From IMG/VR virus record IMGVR_UViG_3300023265_000002, positions 1 to 55,553 of that record: a stretch of 55,553 nt of DNA; one strand, 5' to 3'. Positions 43,809 through 52,056 of this stretch are shown piece by piece. Positions within the stretch are counted from its first letter, which is position 1. The number at the start of each line of letters is the position of its first letter. The notes under the pieces are model-generated. The model saw only the letters and a list, made by a program, of their open reading frames with translations, was not told where the DNA came from and did no database searches. This stretch comes from a virus. Its lineage: Duplodnaviria; Caudoviricetes. Both the position numbers and the translations under genes were made by a program.

Positions 43809-44069
43809 TCAGCCGACCCCGACCAGCTCCTCGTGCTGCTGGTGCTGGACGGCGGCCGAGGACGTGAGGCCTCCGCCGACGTGCGGGGGGTCGGCGCGGT
43901 GGATGTTGTTCAGCGTGTCCACCAGCTTCCAACCGGCGACGGCGAGGAGCGCGACCTTCAACCCGGCGAACGGGGTGTAGTACGCGATCGTCGACCACAG
44001 GCCGGTCATGAGCAGGCCGGTCACGGTGCCGGAGGAACGGCGCTGGGCGCGCCGAAGGGTGTCGAGCAT
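43809..44069 (-). CDS. membrane protein
   Basis: Two hydrophobic segments. Confidence 0.6.
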   Translation of the reverse strand: MLDTLRRAQRRSSGTVTGLLMTGLWSTIAYYTPFAGLKVALLAVAGWKLVDTLNNIHRADPPHVGGGLTSSAAVQHQQHEELVGVG

Positions 44070-44071
44070 GG

Positions 44072-44926
44072 TCAGGTTCGTCCCGTGTGTGATGCGCCGT
44101 AGGTGTTCGCGATCGACTTGCCTACCGACTGGTAACCGGAGAGCACCGATCGCAGGTTGTGCATCGTGGACTGGATGGCCTTGCGCACCATGCGCGCCTG
44201 CACGAACGCGTCGTGCAGCTCGCGGGTCGTGACCATCGCGTCCGCCTTGCGGGTGTCGGCCGCGCCGAGCTTCGAGTTCAGCACGGCCAGGTCGAAGGCG
44301 TTGGACCACTCGAGTTCGGTGCGCCCCTCCTCCTCGATCGCGGCCCGCTCGAAGTGGGCTCCGCGCTCAAGGCGGGCGTTGCAGTCGAGGATCTGCTGCT
44401 CGATCTGCTCCGGGGTGTAGACCTTCGTCGGGTCGATCAGGGCGATGGTCGCCGCGATCGGGTCGTCCGGGTGGTAGCTCCGTCGACCCGCGACGGCGGC
44501 CTCGCCGTTGACCATCGCGGGAACGAGGTCGGCTTCGCCCTGCACGCCGATCGGCTTGCCGTGCTTCACGAGCACCTTGCACCCGCACTGCGCGGTCTCC
44601 GGGTACTTCGCGTCGGCGGGCAGGTACTGCACCCGCTTGATCTGCGCGCACCCGACGTGCCCGTGCAGGGCGAGCAGCTCCTCGCCGCGGCCGCTGTACT
44701 TCGTGGCCACCTTCTCCGCGAGGTCGCGCGCCGTGGTGTTGGGCTCGATCCGGAACGGGTCGTCCTCGGCCACCGTGGCGAGCGTGTCGTCGGGCAGGTC
44801 CCACGGCGGCTCATCCGGCATGGGCGGGGGCGGGGTGCTTGACGAGCGTCGGTAGAACCGCTCGCCGAGTCCGCCCATCTCCGGGTCGGACAGGCGCGCG
44901 ACCTCGGCATCGGCGTAGTCGCCCAC
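44072..44926 (-). CDS. hypothetical protein in recombination module (coiled-coil C-terminus)
   Basis: RBS GGAGG; lies between ERF and ssb. Confidence 0.75.
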   Translation of the reverse strand: MGDYADAEVARLSDPEMGGLGERFYRRSSSTPPPPMPDEPPWDLPDDTLATVAEDDPFRIEPNTTARDLAEKVATKYSGRGEELLALHGHVGCAQIKRVQYLPADAKYPETAQCGCKVLVKHGKPIGVQGEADLVPAMVNGEAAVAGRRSYHPDDPIAATIALIDPTKVYTPEQIEQQILDCNARLERGAHFERAAIEEEGRTELEWSNAFDLAVLNSKLGAADTRKADAMVTTRELHDAFVQARMVRKAIQSTMHNLRSVLSGYQSVGKSIANTYGASHTGRT

Positions 44927-44927
44927 G

Positions 44928-46193
44928 TCACCAGCCTCCGTCAGGAGTCGGCAGGGTGGCCCGTGCGCCGAGCACGTGCTGCGCGACGGTGCTGCCCCGG
45001 ATCACGATGTGCCCGATGCCGAGTTTGCGGCACTGCTTCTCGATGGCCTGCAGCCGCGGGGGCTGGTCGTGCGGGAAGAGCTGACCGAGTGCGTCGATGG
45101 CCTGCACCGCGCGCAGCGCCTGCGCGTTCAGCTCGTCGTCGACCGACGCGGCCAGCTCCTCGCGCGAGGGCGTGTCGTCGGGCGGCTCCGGCGCGGACTC
45201 CTGCCGCTGCTGCTGGGCGGGACGCTGCTCCTGCTGGCGCGGGTCCTCGCGCTCGATCGGCGGAGTGGTCTCGCCGTCGGACTCCGGGGCGTTGAACGGG
45301 ATGCAGAGCGACTGCAGGAGGCCGTACTTGAGCGCCATGCTGACGGCCTTGCTGGTGGCCTTGTCGCCGAGGTCGCGACCCTCGCCCACCATCTCGATGG
45401 CGTGCTCGGAGCCGTCGTCCGGGTCGACGAACACGTACCGCATTTCTGCGGAAACGCTGGTCCAGACGCGACCGTTGACGACGGTCTTCACCTCGTCGCG
45501 CTTGATCACCTCGGAGCGCATGATCAGGCCGACGTGCCGCATCCCGTGGCCGACCGCGTCCATCGCCGAGTCGATCGAACGGAACGTGTAGCCGCCCATC
45601 TCCGGCGACGCCTGCTTGTCCTTGCCCAGGCTGTCGACGACGTTCATCAGCGCGAGGAACTTGCGCAGCGCACCGCGGGGCGTGCCGTCGGACAGGGTCA
45701 CGACCTCGCCCGCAACGGCGACCGGCCTGCGCTCGACCTCGGCCAGCCTCTTCGTCAGCGCGTCCAGCGCCCGGCCGTAGCTGCCGTGCTCCTCGCGCAG
45801 GTGCTGGACGTCCTTGTCGAGTTCGCCCTGCTCGCGGTTGAGCTTCTCGACGTCGCCGCCGACGGCCTCGGCCGTGGTGGCGCGCAGCTCGGCCAGCGTC
45901 TTCGCGATGTCCTCGCGCAGCTTCTCGGTCTCGCCGGGCTGCAGCGCGTCGACCTTCGACGCCAGCGCGTTGAAAGCGTCAGCGAGCGCGGTCAGGTCCG
46001 TGTCGAGCGCCTTCACCTGCTCGACCATCTCCGGGGTGCCAGCGGGCATCGGCTCGCCGGACGGAACGCCTGCGGCGAGGGTGCGCTCGAGTTCGTCGAG
46101 CCGGTCGAGCGCGAGATCCGCTTTCTGGGTGGCGGTCGTCGGGCGGGCGTTGGGCGGGGGCACGTCCGGCGCGCCGGAAGTGGGGGCAGTCAT
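44928..46193 (-). CDS. ERF-family ssDNA annealing protein with long N-terminal coiled coil
   Basis: K....GY.FR.ID and GEG.D.GDKATSKA.SMA.KY.LLQ..CIP motifs. Confidence 0.85.
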   Translation of the reverse strand: MTAPTSGAPDVPPPNARPTTATQKADLALDRLDELERTLAAGVPSGEPMPAGTPEMVEQVKALDTDLTALADAFNALASKVDALQPGETEKLREDIAKTLAELRATTAEAVGGDVEKLNREQGELDKDVQHLREEHGSYGRALDALTKRLAEVERRPVAVAGEVVTLSDGTPRGALRKFLALMNVVDSLGKDKQASPEMGGYTFRSIDSAMDAVGHGMRHVGLIMRSEVIKRDEVKTVVNGRVWTSVSAEMRYVFVDPDDGSEHAIEMVGEGRDLGDKATSKAVSMALKYGLLQSLCIPFNAPESDGETTPPIEREDPRQQEQRPAQQQRQESAPEPPDDTPSREELAASVDDELNAQALRAVQAIDALGQLFPHDQPPRLQAIEKQCRKLGIGHIVIRGSTVAQHVLGARATLPTPDGGW

Positions 46194-46228
46194 CGGGGTT
46201 CCCTTGCTGGTCGGGGATTGGGTGACGG

Positions 46229-46582
46229 TCAGACCTTGCCCGGCTTGTCCGGGTCCGCGTAGCGCTCGAGGTTGTACTCGATCCACCGGGCGACACTCTG
46301 CCCGGCACCACCGACAGCGGCCTTCATCTCGGCGTACTTGTCGCGCGGCATCCCGAAGCGGAACTTCCTCCGGGTGTCGGTTGCCGTGCGGTCGGCCGCG
46401 GGCAGGTGCTTCAACATGAACGCGTACTCGGGCTCGACGGCGCGGTTCATGATCTGCCGCGCGACCGCCGAGAGCTGGTCGCCTTCCCTGACCGCCACAG
46501 CTAGTGCTGACTTGTAGACCCGGTCCAGGATCTCGACCTCCACCCGCTGCAGCGCGGGGGCGTCCGGGGGCTTTTGGGCCAC
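46229..46582 (-). CDS. tandem ribbon-helix-helix DNA-binding protein (candidate regulator)
   Basis: RBS GAGGAGG, GTG; two beta-alpha-alpha units: RVEVEI-DRVYKSALAVAVREG-LSAVARQIM and RKFRFGM-RDKYAEMKAAV-SVARWIEYNL. Confidence 0.7.
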   Translation of the reverse strand: MAQKPPDAPALQRVEVEILDRVYKSALAVAVREGDQLSAVARQIMNRAVEPEYAFMLKHLPAADRTATDTRRKFRFGMPRDKYAEMKAAVGGAGQSVARWIEYNLERYADPDKPGKV

Positions 46583-46617
46583 GGTGTCGTGACCTCCTCT
46601 CGTGCTCGACTGCACCG

Positions 46618-46646
46618 ACCATACCCCCTATGATGGGGGGGCACAA
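46618..46646 (-). promoter_or_regulatory. Palindrome-spacer promoter/operator at the left/right divergence point
   Basis: TTGTGC-CCCCCCATCATAGGGGG-TATGGT on the minus strand. Confidence 0.75.
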
Positions 46647-46665
46647 GTCGAGAGGAGCAACGCAG

Positions 46666-47025
46666 ATGACACCCCGCGTCGACTGGACCGACCTGCGCGA
46701 GAAACTATGGACCCGGTGCGCCGGACGCTGCGAGGCGTCCGGCCGTCGGCTGGACCCGGAGACCTTCGACGCCCACCACAGGCGGAACAAGGGAATGGGT
46801 GGGACGACCCGTCCCGACCGCGACTGGCTGACGAACCTGCTGGCACTCGACCCGCAGGTGCACAACGGCGGCCCCCGGTCCGTGCACGGCCAGCGCGTCT
46901 GGAGCGAGAGCCGCGGCCTGCTCGTGCCGAAGCACGTCGACGTGGCGGGCTCCTGGCCGTTCCGCCGGTACGACCTGGCCTGGCTCATGCTCGACGACGA
47001 GGGCGGGTACCGCGTGCTGGGCTGA
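46666..47025 (+). CDS. HNH-like endonuclease
   Basis: RCE.SG, HHR...MGG and N.L.L...H motifs. Confidence 0.75.
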   Translation: MTPRVDWTDLREKLWTRCAGRCEASGRRLDPETFDAHHRRNKGMGGTTRPDRDWLTNLLALDPQVHNGGPRSVHGQRVWSESRGLLVPKHVDVAGSWPFRRYDLAWLMLDDEGGYRVLG

Positions 47026-47026
47026 A

Positions 47027-47054
47027 CAATCCCCCCTGCGACGGGGGGTATTGG
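47027..47054. promoter_or_regulatory. variant palindrome site
   Basis: CAATCCCCCCTGCGACGGGGGGTATTG. Confidence 0.4.
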
Positions 47055-47322
47055 TGAAATCGTCGCAGGTCAGAGACGGAACAGGCGCTCGAGGTGATCC
47101 ACCCTCGAGCGCCTGCCGCCCGCGGGGACGGGCTCCGACCTTCGTGCCGCAGTTCCAGCCAGCGCACCCCCTATCCGAGGGGGTACAGGCGGAGCGTACA
47201 TCGGCGGTCCGGAGCGCGGTAGATCGACCGTGATAAGTTCGGCAGGCAAAGTAAAGGGCCCGCGACGTGGCAAGCGTCCGGGCCCTCGGAGACACCCTGA
47301 ACGAAGGAAGGGGGTGTGCTCG

Positions 47323-48060
47323 TTGAGCACCCTACCTGATGTACGGCGTAGCCACGAAACCGGCTCGCCCTTCGACGCCCTCCGGCAGTATCGGCCCGAC
47401 GGCACCGAGTTCTGGTCAGGCCGTGACCTCTGCCCGCTGATGGGCTACGGGCGCTGGGAGCGCTTCGCCGACGCGATCGACCGGGCGAAGATCGCAGCGC
47501 GGAACACCGGCATGGACGTGACCAGCCACTTTCGCGCCTCCGCGAAAATGGTCGCACGCTCGCAGGGGGGCGGCACTCCGCAGGAGGACGTCCAGCTCAC
47601 CCGCCAGGCGGCCTACCTGGTGGCCATGAACGGCGACCCGCGCAAGCGGGAGATCGCCGACGCGCAGGCCTACTTCGTGGTGCGCACCATGCAGGCCGAG
47701 GTCGCTGTCCCTGTGCAGCCGACGATGTCCTCCATCGACGTGCTGCGCCACGCCCTCGACCGGATCGAAGAGGCGCAGCAGGAGGCCGCGAACGCAACCC
47801 TGCTGGCGCGCACGGTGACGGCGAGGGTCGACGCGATCGAAGGGCACTACGACGAGTTCGCCGCGCTCGGCTACGCGAAGCTGCACAAGCTTCGGACCGA
47901 CCGGCCGTACCTCATCCGGCTGGGCAAGGCGGCGACCGCGGCCATGCGCACCGAGGGGCAGGAGCCGCGCAAGCGACAGGATGCGACGTTCGGGCAGATC
48001 AACGTCTACCCGACGTGGGCCCTCGACGAGGCGCTGCTGCAGCTCGAGGGCAACGCGTGA
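47323..48060 (+). CDS. DinD/Bro-N-like phage antirepressor
   Basis: SPFD.LR....G.EFWS.RDL..LMGY..W..F..AIDRA and AYLVAMNGDPRK.EIA.AQ.YF motifs; start codon uncertain. Confidence 0.85.
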   Translation: MSTLPDVRRSHETGSPFDALRQYRPDGTEFWSGRDLCPLMGYGRWERFADAIDRAKIAARNTGMDVTSHFRASAKMVARSQGGGTPQEDVQLTRQAAYLVAMNGDPRKREIADAQAYFVVRTMQAEVAVPVQPTMSSIDVLRHALDRIEEAQQEAANATLLARTVTARVDAIEGHYDEFAALGYAKLHKLRTDRPYLIRLGKAATAAMRTEGQEPRKRQDATFGQINVYPTWALDEALLQLEGNA

Positions 48061-48977
48061 GCACGGTTCGCCGCGTGAACCGGCCGGACGCCGAGTTCAC
48101 CATGATCCGGAACGCGTTTCTCCGGGACGGCTCGCTCAGCTTCCACGCCCGCGGACTCGGCGGTTGGCTGCTCTCCCACTCGGAAGGCTGGGAGTGCAGC
48201 ACGGTCAGCATCGCGAAGCAGGCAGGCATCGGCAGGGACCAGGTTCGGCGTGCGCTGCGCGAGCTTGAGGCCGCGCGCTACTTGCGCCGGACGAGGGTCC
48301 GCACGCAGTCTGGGACGCTCGGCGACGCCGTGTACGAAATCCAGTGCGAGCCCTTCCCGGAGGAGGAAAAGCCCAGCTCAAACCTGCGACTGGAAAATCA
48401 GGCGCTGGTTCCCCCGCCCCTGGTGAGGCCACAGCATAAGAAGACCATTCCTCAGAAGACCAACCCAGAAGACCAACCCTCCGGGGGAGACGGCGCTTCG
48501 CCGCCGCTCGCGGAGACGGTCGTCGATCTCTCCCAGGAGGACCCCGTGCCGCAGGAAGCGTTGTTCGAAGTCGCCCGCCCGCCGAAGCCTCCTCGCCCTC
48601 AAGGCGCTGGGGACGTGGTCGCTGCCTACGTCGTCGCCTACCGCGAGCACCACGCGGACCGCGAGCCGCTCAAGGCCGACCGGGGGCGGGTCGGCCGTGA
48701 CGCGGCACAGATCCTGAACTCCGGGCAGGCGACGGTCGACGAGCTGCTCGCTGCCGCGGCGACGCTGGGCACGACGCAGTGGGCGAACCTCGGCCAGCAG
48801 CTCAAGTTCGAGCGGGACGGCAACCGCGGGGGGCAGCGTGCGGGGCGGGCCCCTGGCATGGCCCCGGCGCTGCCGAACGAGGCACCGGTCTGGGGTGAGC
48901 TGGCGGAGACGCACCGCTTCGACGGGTTCGACGACGCCCTCGAGCAGGCGTTCCTCGAGCGGGTCGCCGATGTCTGA
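48057..48977 (+). CDS. HTH replication initiator (replisome organizer-like)
   Basis: FT.I.N...RD..LS..ARG....LLS...GW and .LREL....YL.R motifs; adjacent to the DnaC-like gene. Confidence 0.8.
   Translation: MSTVRRVNRPDAEFTMIRNAFLRDGSLSFHARGLGGWLLSHSEGWECSTVSIAKQAGIGRDQVRRALRELEAARYLRRTRVRTQSGTLGDAVYEIQCEPFPEEEKPSSNLRLENQALVPPPLVRPQHKKTIPQKTNPEDQPSGGDGASPPLAETVVDLSQEDPVPQEALFEVARPPKPPRPQGAGDVVAAYVVAYREHHADREPLKADRGRVGRDAAQILNSGQATVDELLAAAATLGTTQWANLGQQLKFERDGNRGGQRAGRAPGMAPALPNEAPVWGELAETHRFDGFDDALEQAFLERVADV
48439..48479 (+). repeat. three AGAAGACCA direct repeats (candidate origin iterons)
   Basis: Copies at 48439, 48454 and 48467 in an A-rich patch of the initiator gene. Confidence 0.5.
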
Positions 48978-48982
48978 CCTAG

Positions 48983-49011
48983 TTGCACCCCCTAACGGTT
49001 GGGGGTACGGT
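48983..49011 (+). promoter_or_regulatory. variant palindrome-spacer promoter, leaderless
   Basis: TTGCAC-CCCCTAACGGTTGGGGG-TACGGT; ATG at 49018. Confidence 0.7.
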
Positions 49012-49017
49012 TGGCGC

Positions 49018-49755
49018 ATGGAGGACAGCGACCGCCTGGACGACCGGGTCGGCAAGCTCGCGCACGGCCTGATGGCGCAGGGCTTCCGGGCCCGCGGCCT
49101 CGACCCGCGCCGGATGCCGCGCCTCACCGAGGAGGAGAAGCGCAACGAGGAAGCGCGCGCCTTCGGCGAGTGGCAGCGGGCGAAGGCCGAGATCATGCTC
49201 TCGACGCTGCCCGCCCTCTACCGGGACGCGACGTTCCCGAACACGGCCGAGGGGCGCAAGGCCTTCGGCTGGTGCGACGAGTACCGGCGCGGCATCCGCC
49301 GACCCCTCGCGATCATGGGCCCGGTCGGCACCGGCAAGACGTGGATCGCTGCCGCCGTCGCCCGCGAACTCCTGCTGCGCGGAGCCCCCGCCCCGCACGA
49401 CCCGACCGGGCCCGGCACGCTGCCGGTCCCCGTGCGGTTCATCGCGGTGAACGAGATGCTGCAGTCGCTGCGCCCTGGTAACGAGTCCGTCGACCTGGTG
49501 GCCTACTCGGTGCCGCCCGTGCTGGTGCTCGACGACCTCGGCACCGAGCGGCTGACGGAGTGGGAGTCCGACCAGTTGTTCATGCTGGCCAACGCCCGCG
49601 TGAACGCGCAGCTCCCGATCGTCCTGACGACGAACCTCGAGCCCGCCCAGCTCAAGGCGCGTTACGAGCAGCGCACCGTTCAGCGCCTCTTCGCCGGGGC
49701 CGAGGTCGTGGCCACCCACGGGCAGAGCATCCGCAAGATGCCCGAAGGGTTCTGA
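49018..49755 (+). CDS. DnaC/IstB-like AAA+ helicase loader
   Basis: GPVGTGKT Walker A; LVLDDLG Walker B; TTNL. Confidence 0.9.
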   Translation: MEDSDRLDDRVGKLAHGLMAQGFRARGLDPRRMPRLTEEEKRNEEARAFGEWQRAKAEIMLSTLPALYRDATFPNTAEGRKAFGWCDEYRRGIRRPLAIMGPVGTGKTWIAAAVARELLLRGAPAPHDPTGPGTLPVPVRFIAVNEMLQSLRPGNESVDLVAYSVPPVLVLDDLGTERLTEWESDQLFMLANARVNAQLPIVLTTNLEPAQLKARYEQRTVQRLFAGAEVVATHGQSIRKMPEGF

Positions 49756-49845
49756 CCAGCACGCCCCCGCGGGACGGCATCCTCCCCTGGTGCCACCCCC
49801 CAGCCCGCGGGGGCCGTGCGCCCCCGATCGCAGAGAGGAACCCGC

Positions 49846-50883
49846 ATGGACGTCGACCACTTGATCGACATCGCCGTTTACAACAAGGTCACCGACTGGC
49901 AGAAGGTCGCGAACGACGGCATCAAGGGCGCGAGCATCAAGGTCAGCCAGCAGGTCAACTACCTGAACCCGCTCGCCGCCAGCCAGTTCGCCGGGGCCAG
50001 GTCGGTCGGCATCGCCGGGGGCGGCTACCACTTCGGCGACCCGCGCGTCTCGGCCGCTCGGCAGGCCAGCTACTTCGTCGCCAACGCCCGCCCACTCGGC
50101 GCGTTCGAACAGGGCGCGCTCGCGCCGATGTACGACGCCGAGAACTGGGAGGGTGGCGGCCTGGTCTGGCCCGACCCGAAGACCCTGAACGACCACATCG
50201 CGGAGCACATCCGCGTGGTGCGTGAGGAGACGGGCGTCCTCGAGCACTTGGTCTACGGCTCGCTGTCCTGGTGGCAGACCGGCTGGATCGACCCGGACCG
50301 CTGGGCTGACGAGCACGTCCTGCTGTGGATCGCGGTCTACAACGGACGGCCCGGCGACCTGCAGGGCTGGGACCACCCGAACGACGCGCTGCACCAGCAC
50401 ACGTCGAAGGGCATCGTCCCCGGAGTCGCTGGGGACGTCGACAAGAACACGACCCTGCGCGGTCGGAAGATCGCGGACCTGACCATCGGCAACACGAAGG
50501 ACGACGACATGAAGCTCACGGACCGGATGGAAAACGCGTGGGGCGGCACCCCGACGATGGAAGAGGTCTTCCGCTACATCGACTGGCGTACCGCGCAGGC
50601 CGCGGAAGGGGTCGAGCAGATCCAGCTCACCCTGAAGGCGCAGGCCGACACCCTCGCGGCCATCTCCGAGGACGCCAACATCGACGCCGAGCGCCTGACC
50701 GCGATCATCAACACGTCGGTGAACGAGGGGCTCGCCCGCGTGCAGGAGGGGCTCGTCGAGATCGTCCGCTCCGCGGTGCACCAGGAGCTGGGCTCCGACA
50801 ACGAAGAGCAGGCCGACCGCATCCTCGACGCCATCGCGCGCCAGCTCGCGAAGAAGGTGCAGCCGCCGAGCCAGTCGCAGTAG
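49846..50883 (+). CDS. endolysin, GH25 muramidase-like
   Basis: ID...Y, GGYHF, YDAE and LWIA.Y motifs; HQHTS.G.VPGV.G.VD.N. Confidence 0.85.
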   Translation: MDVDHLIDIAVYNKVTDWQKVANDGIKGASIKVSQQVNYLNPLAASQFAGARSVGIAGGGYHFGDPRVSAARQASYFVANARPLGAFEQGALAPMYDAENWEGGGLVWPDPKTLNDHIAEHIRVVREETGVLEHLVYGSLSWWQTGWIDPDRWADEHVLLWIAVYNGRPGDLQGWDHPNDALHQHTSKGIVPGVAGDVDKNTTLRGRKIADLTIGNTKDDDMKLTDRMENAWGGTPTMEEVFRYIDWRTAQAAEGVEQIQLTLKAQADTLAAISEDANIDAERLTAIINTSVNEGLARVQEGLVEIVRSAVHQELGSDNEEQADRILDAIARQLAKKVQPPSQSQ

Positions 50884-50897
50884 CCCGACGTCCACCC

Positions 50898-50937
50898 GGT
50901 CAGCCCCCCGTCACCCAGCGTGCACGGGGGGCTGACC
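50898..50937 (+). terminator. hairpin terminator
   Basis: GGTCAGCCCCCCGT...ACGGGGGGCTGACC. Confidence 0.6.
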
Positions 50938-50956
50938 CCTCTCCGAAGGGGGTGCC

Positions 50957-51439
50957 GTGCACCTCGCCCCGCGACCGACCGACTGGGCAATCCAGATGCC
51001 GTGGCCTCGCCCGCCCATCACCCTCAACGACCGGCACCACATGCGCGAGCGCGCCAGCCTGACCAGGCTCATTCGCAACGACACGAACGTGCTCGCCCTC
51101 GCCGCCCGCCTACCTCAGCTCGACCGCGTCACGCTCGGCCTGATCTGGTACCCCGGCGACAACAAGGTGACCGACGCGGACAACATCGCCCCCACGTTGA
51201 AGGCCGCGATCGACGGACTCCGCGACGCGCACGTCCTGGTCGACGACAACGGTCGCCACGTGCTCACCACCTGGCAGCGGGTGGTGGCCCGCCGCGACGA
51301 CCCGTTCAAGAGCAACCGCCCGCGCGTGCTGCTGGTGGTGCACGACGCCACGGGCGACAATCCGTTGCAGCACTACCCGCCCGCCCACACGGGAAGCCTG
51401 GTCTCCGGCAGCTTTGGACCGGGCTGCGATGGGGGGTAA
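50957..51439 (+). CDS. RusA-like Holliday junction resolvase
   Basis: DADN..PTLKA.IDGL..A.VL.DD motif. Confidence 0.85.
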   Translation: MHLAPRPTDWAIQMPWPRPPITLNDRHHMRERASLTRLIRNDTNVLALAARLPQLDRVTLGLIWYPGDNKVTDADNIAPTLKAAIDGLRDAHVLVDDNGRHVLTTWQRVVARRDDPFKSNRPRVLLVVHDATGDNPLQHYPPAHTGSLVSGSFGPGCDGG

Positions 51440-51442
51440 TCT
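51414..51442 (+). promoter_or_regulatory. promoter with operator right half-site, upstream of terminase
   Basis: TTGGAC-17 nt ending CGATGGGGGG-TAATCT. Confidence 0.5.
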
Positions 51443-51482
51443 CGACGCATCAAGATCCGTTCGACCGAGGAGCGTGCCAACG

Positions 51483-52055
51483 ATGAGTGATCGGCTCGTG
51501 CCACGGAAGAAATGCGGAGCCAAGACCCGCACCGAGGACAAGCACCCGTGCGGGCAGTGGCCGGAGAAGGGCACCAACCGCTGCCGCTTCCACGGCGGAC
51601 GCTCGCCGCAGGTGAAGGCGAAGGCCGCGGCGAACCTCGAGGAGGAGCGCGTCGAGGAGGGCGCGCTCCGCCTGCTCCGGAAGATGAAGATCGAGCCCGT
51701 CGACAACCCGCTGCAGGCGCTGCACGACCTGGCAGGCACCGTGCTCGCCTGGCAGAAGGTCATGCAGAAGATGGTCAACGACCTGGCCGAGGTGCGTTAC
51801 CGCGGCCTCGACAGCGAGCAGATTCGCGGCGAGGTGCTCCTGTTCGAACGCTCGATGGACCGTGCCGCGAGCGTGCTCACGTCGATGGCCCGGCTCGACA
51901 TCGACGCGCGCCTCGTGCGCATCAGCGAGCGGCAGGCCGAGCTGGTCGAGCAGGCGCTCATGGCCGGAATGTACGACGCCCACCTGCCGCCGGCGCTGAT
52001 GGAGAAGACCATCGGCGCAACCGTCGTCCACCTGCGCGCGCTGGCTGCGAGCTGA
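51483..52055 (+). CDS. terminase small subunit (HGGxSTG-domain)
   Basis: CGAKTR...PC...G..RCRFHGG.SP; directly upstream of TerL. Confidence 0.75.
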   Translation: MSDRLVPRKKCGAKTRTEDKHPCGQWPEKGTNRCRFHGGRSPQVKAKAAANLEEERVEEGALRLLRKMKIEPVDNPLQALHDLAGTVLAWQKVMQKMVNDLAEVRYRGLDSEQIRGEVLLFERSMDRAASVLTSMARLDIDARLVRISERQAELVEQALMAGMYDAHLPPALMEKTIGATVVHLRALAAS

Positions 52056-52056
52056 C

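Noticed and set aside
47164-47186. GCACCCCCTATCCGAGGGGGTAC as another promoter copy
   Set aside because: Arms and spacing deviate and there is no convincing -35/-10; at most a degenerate site
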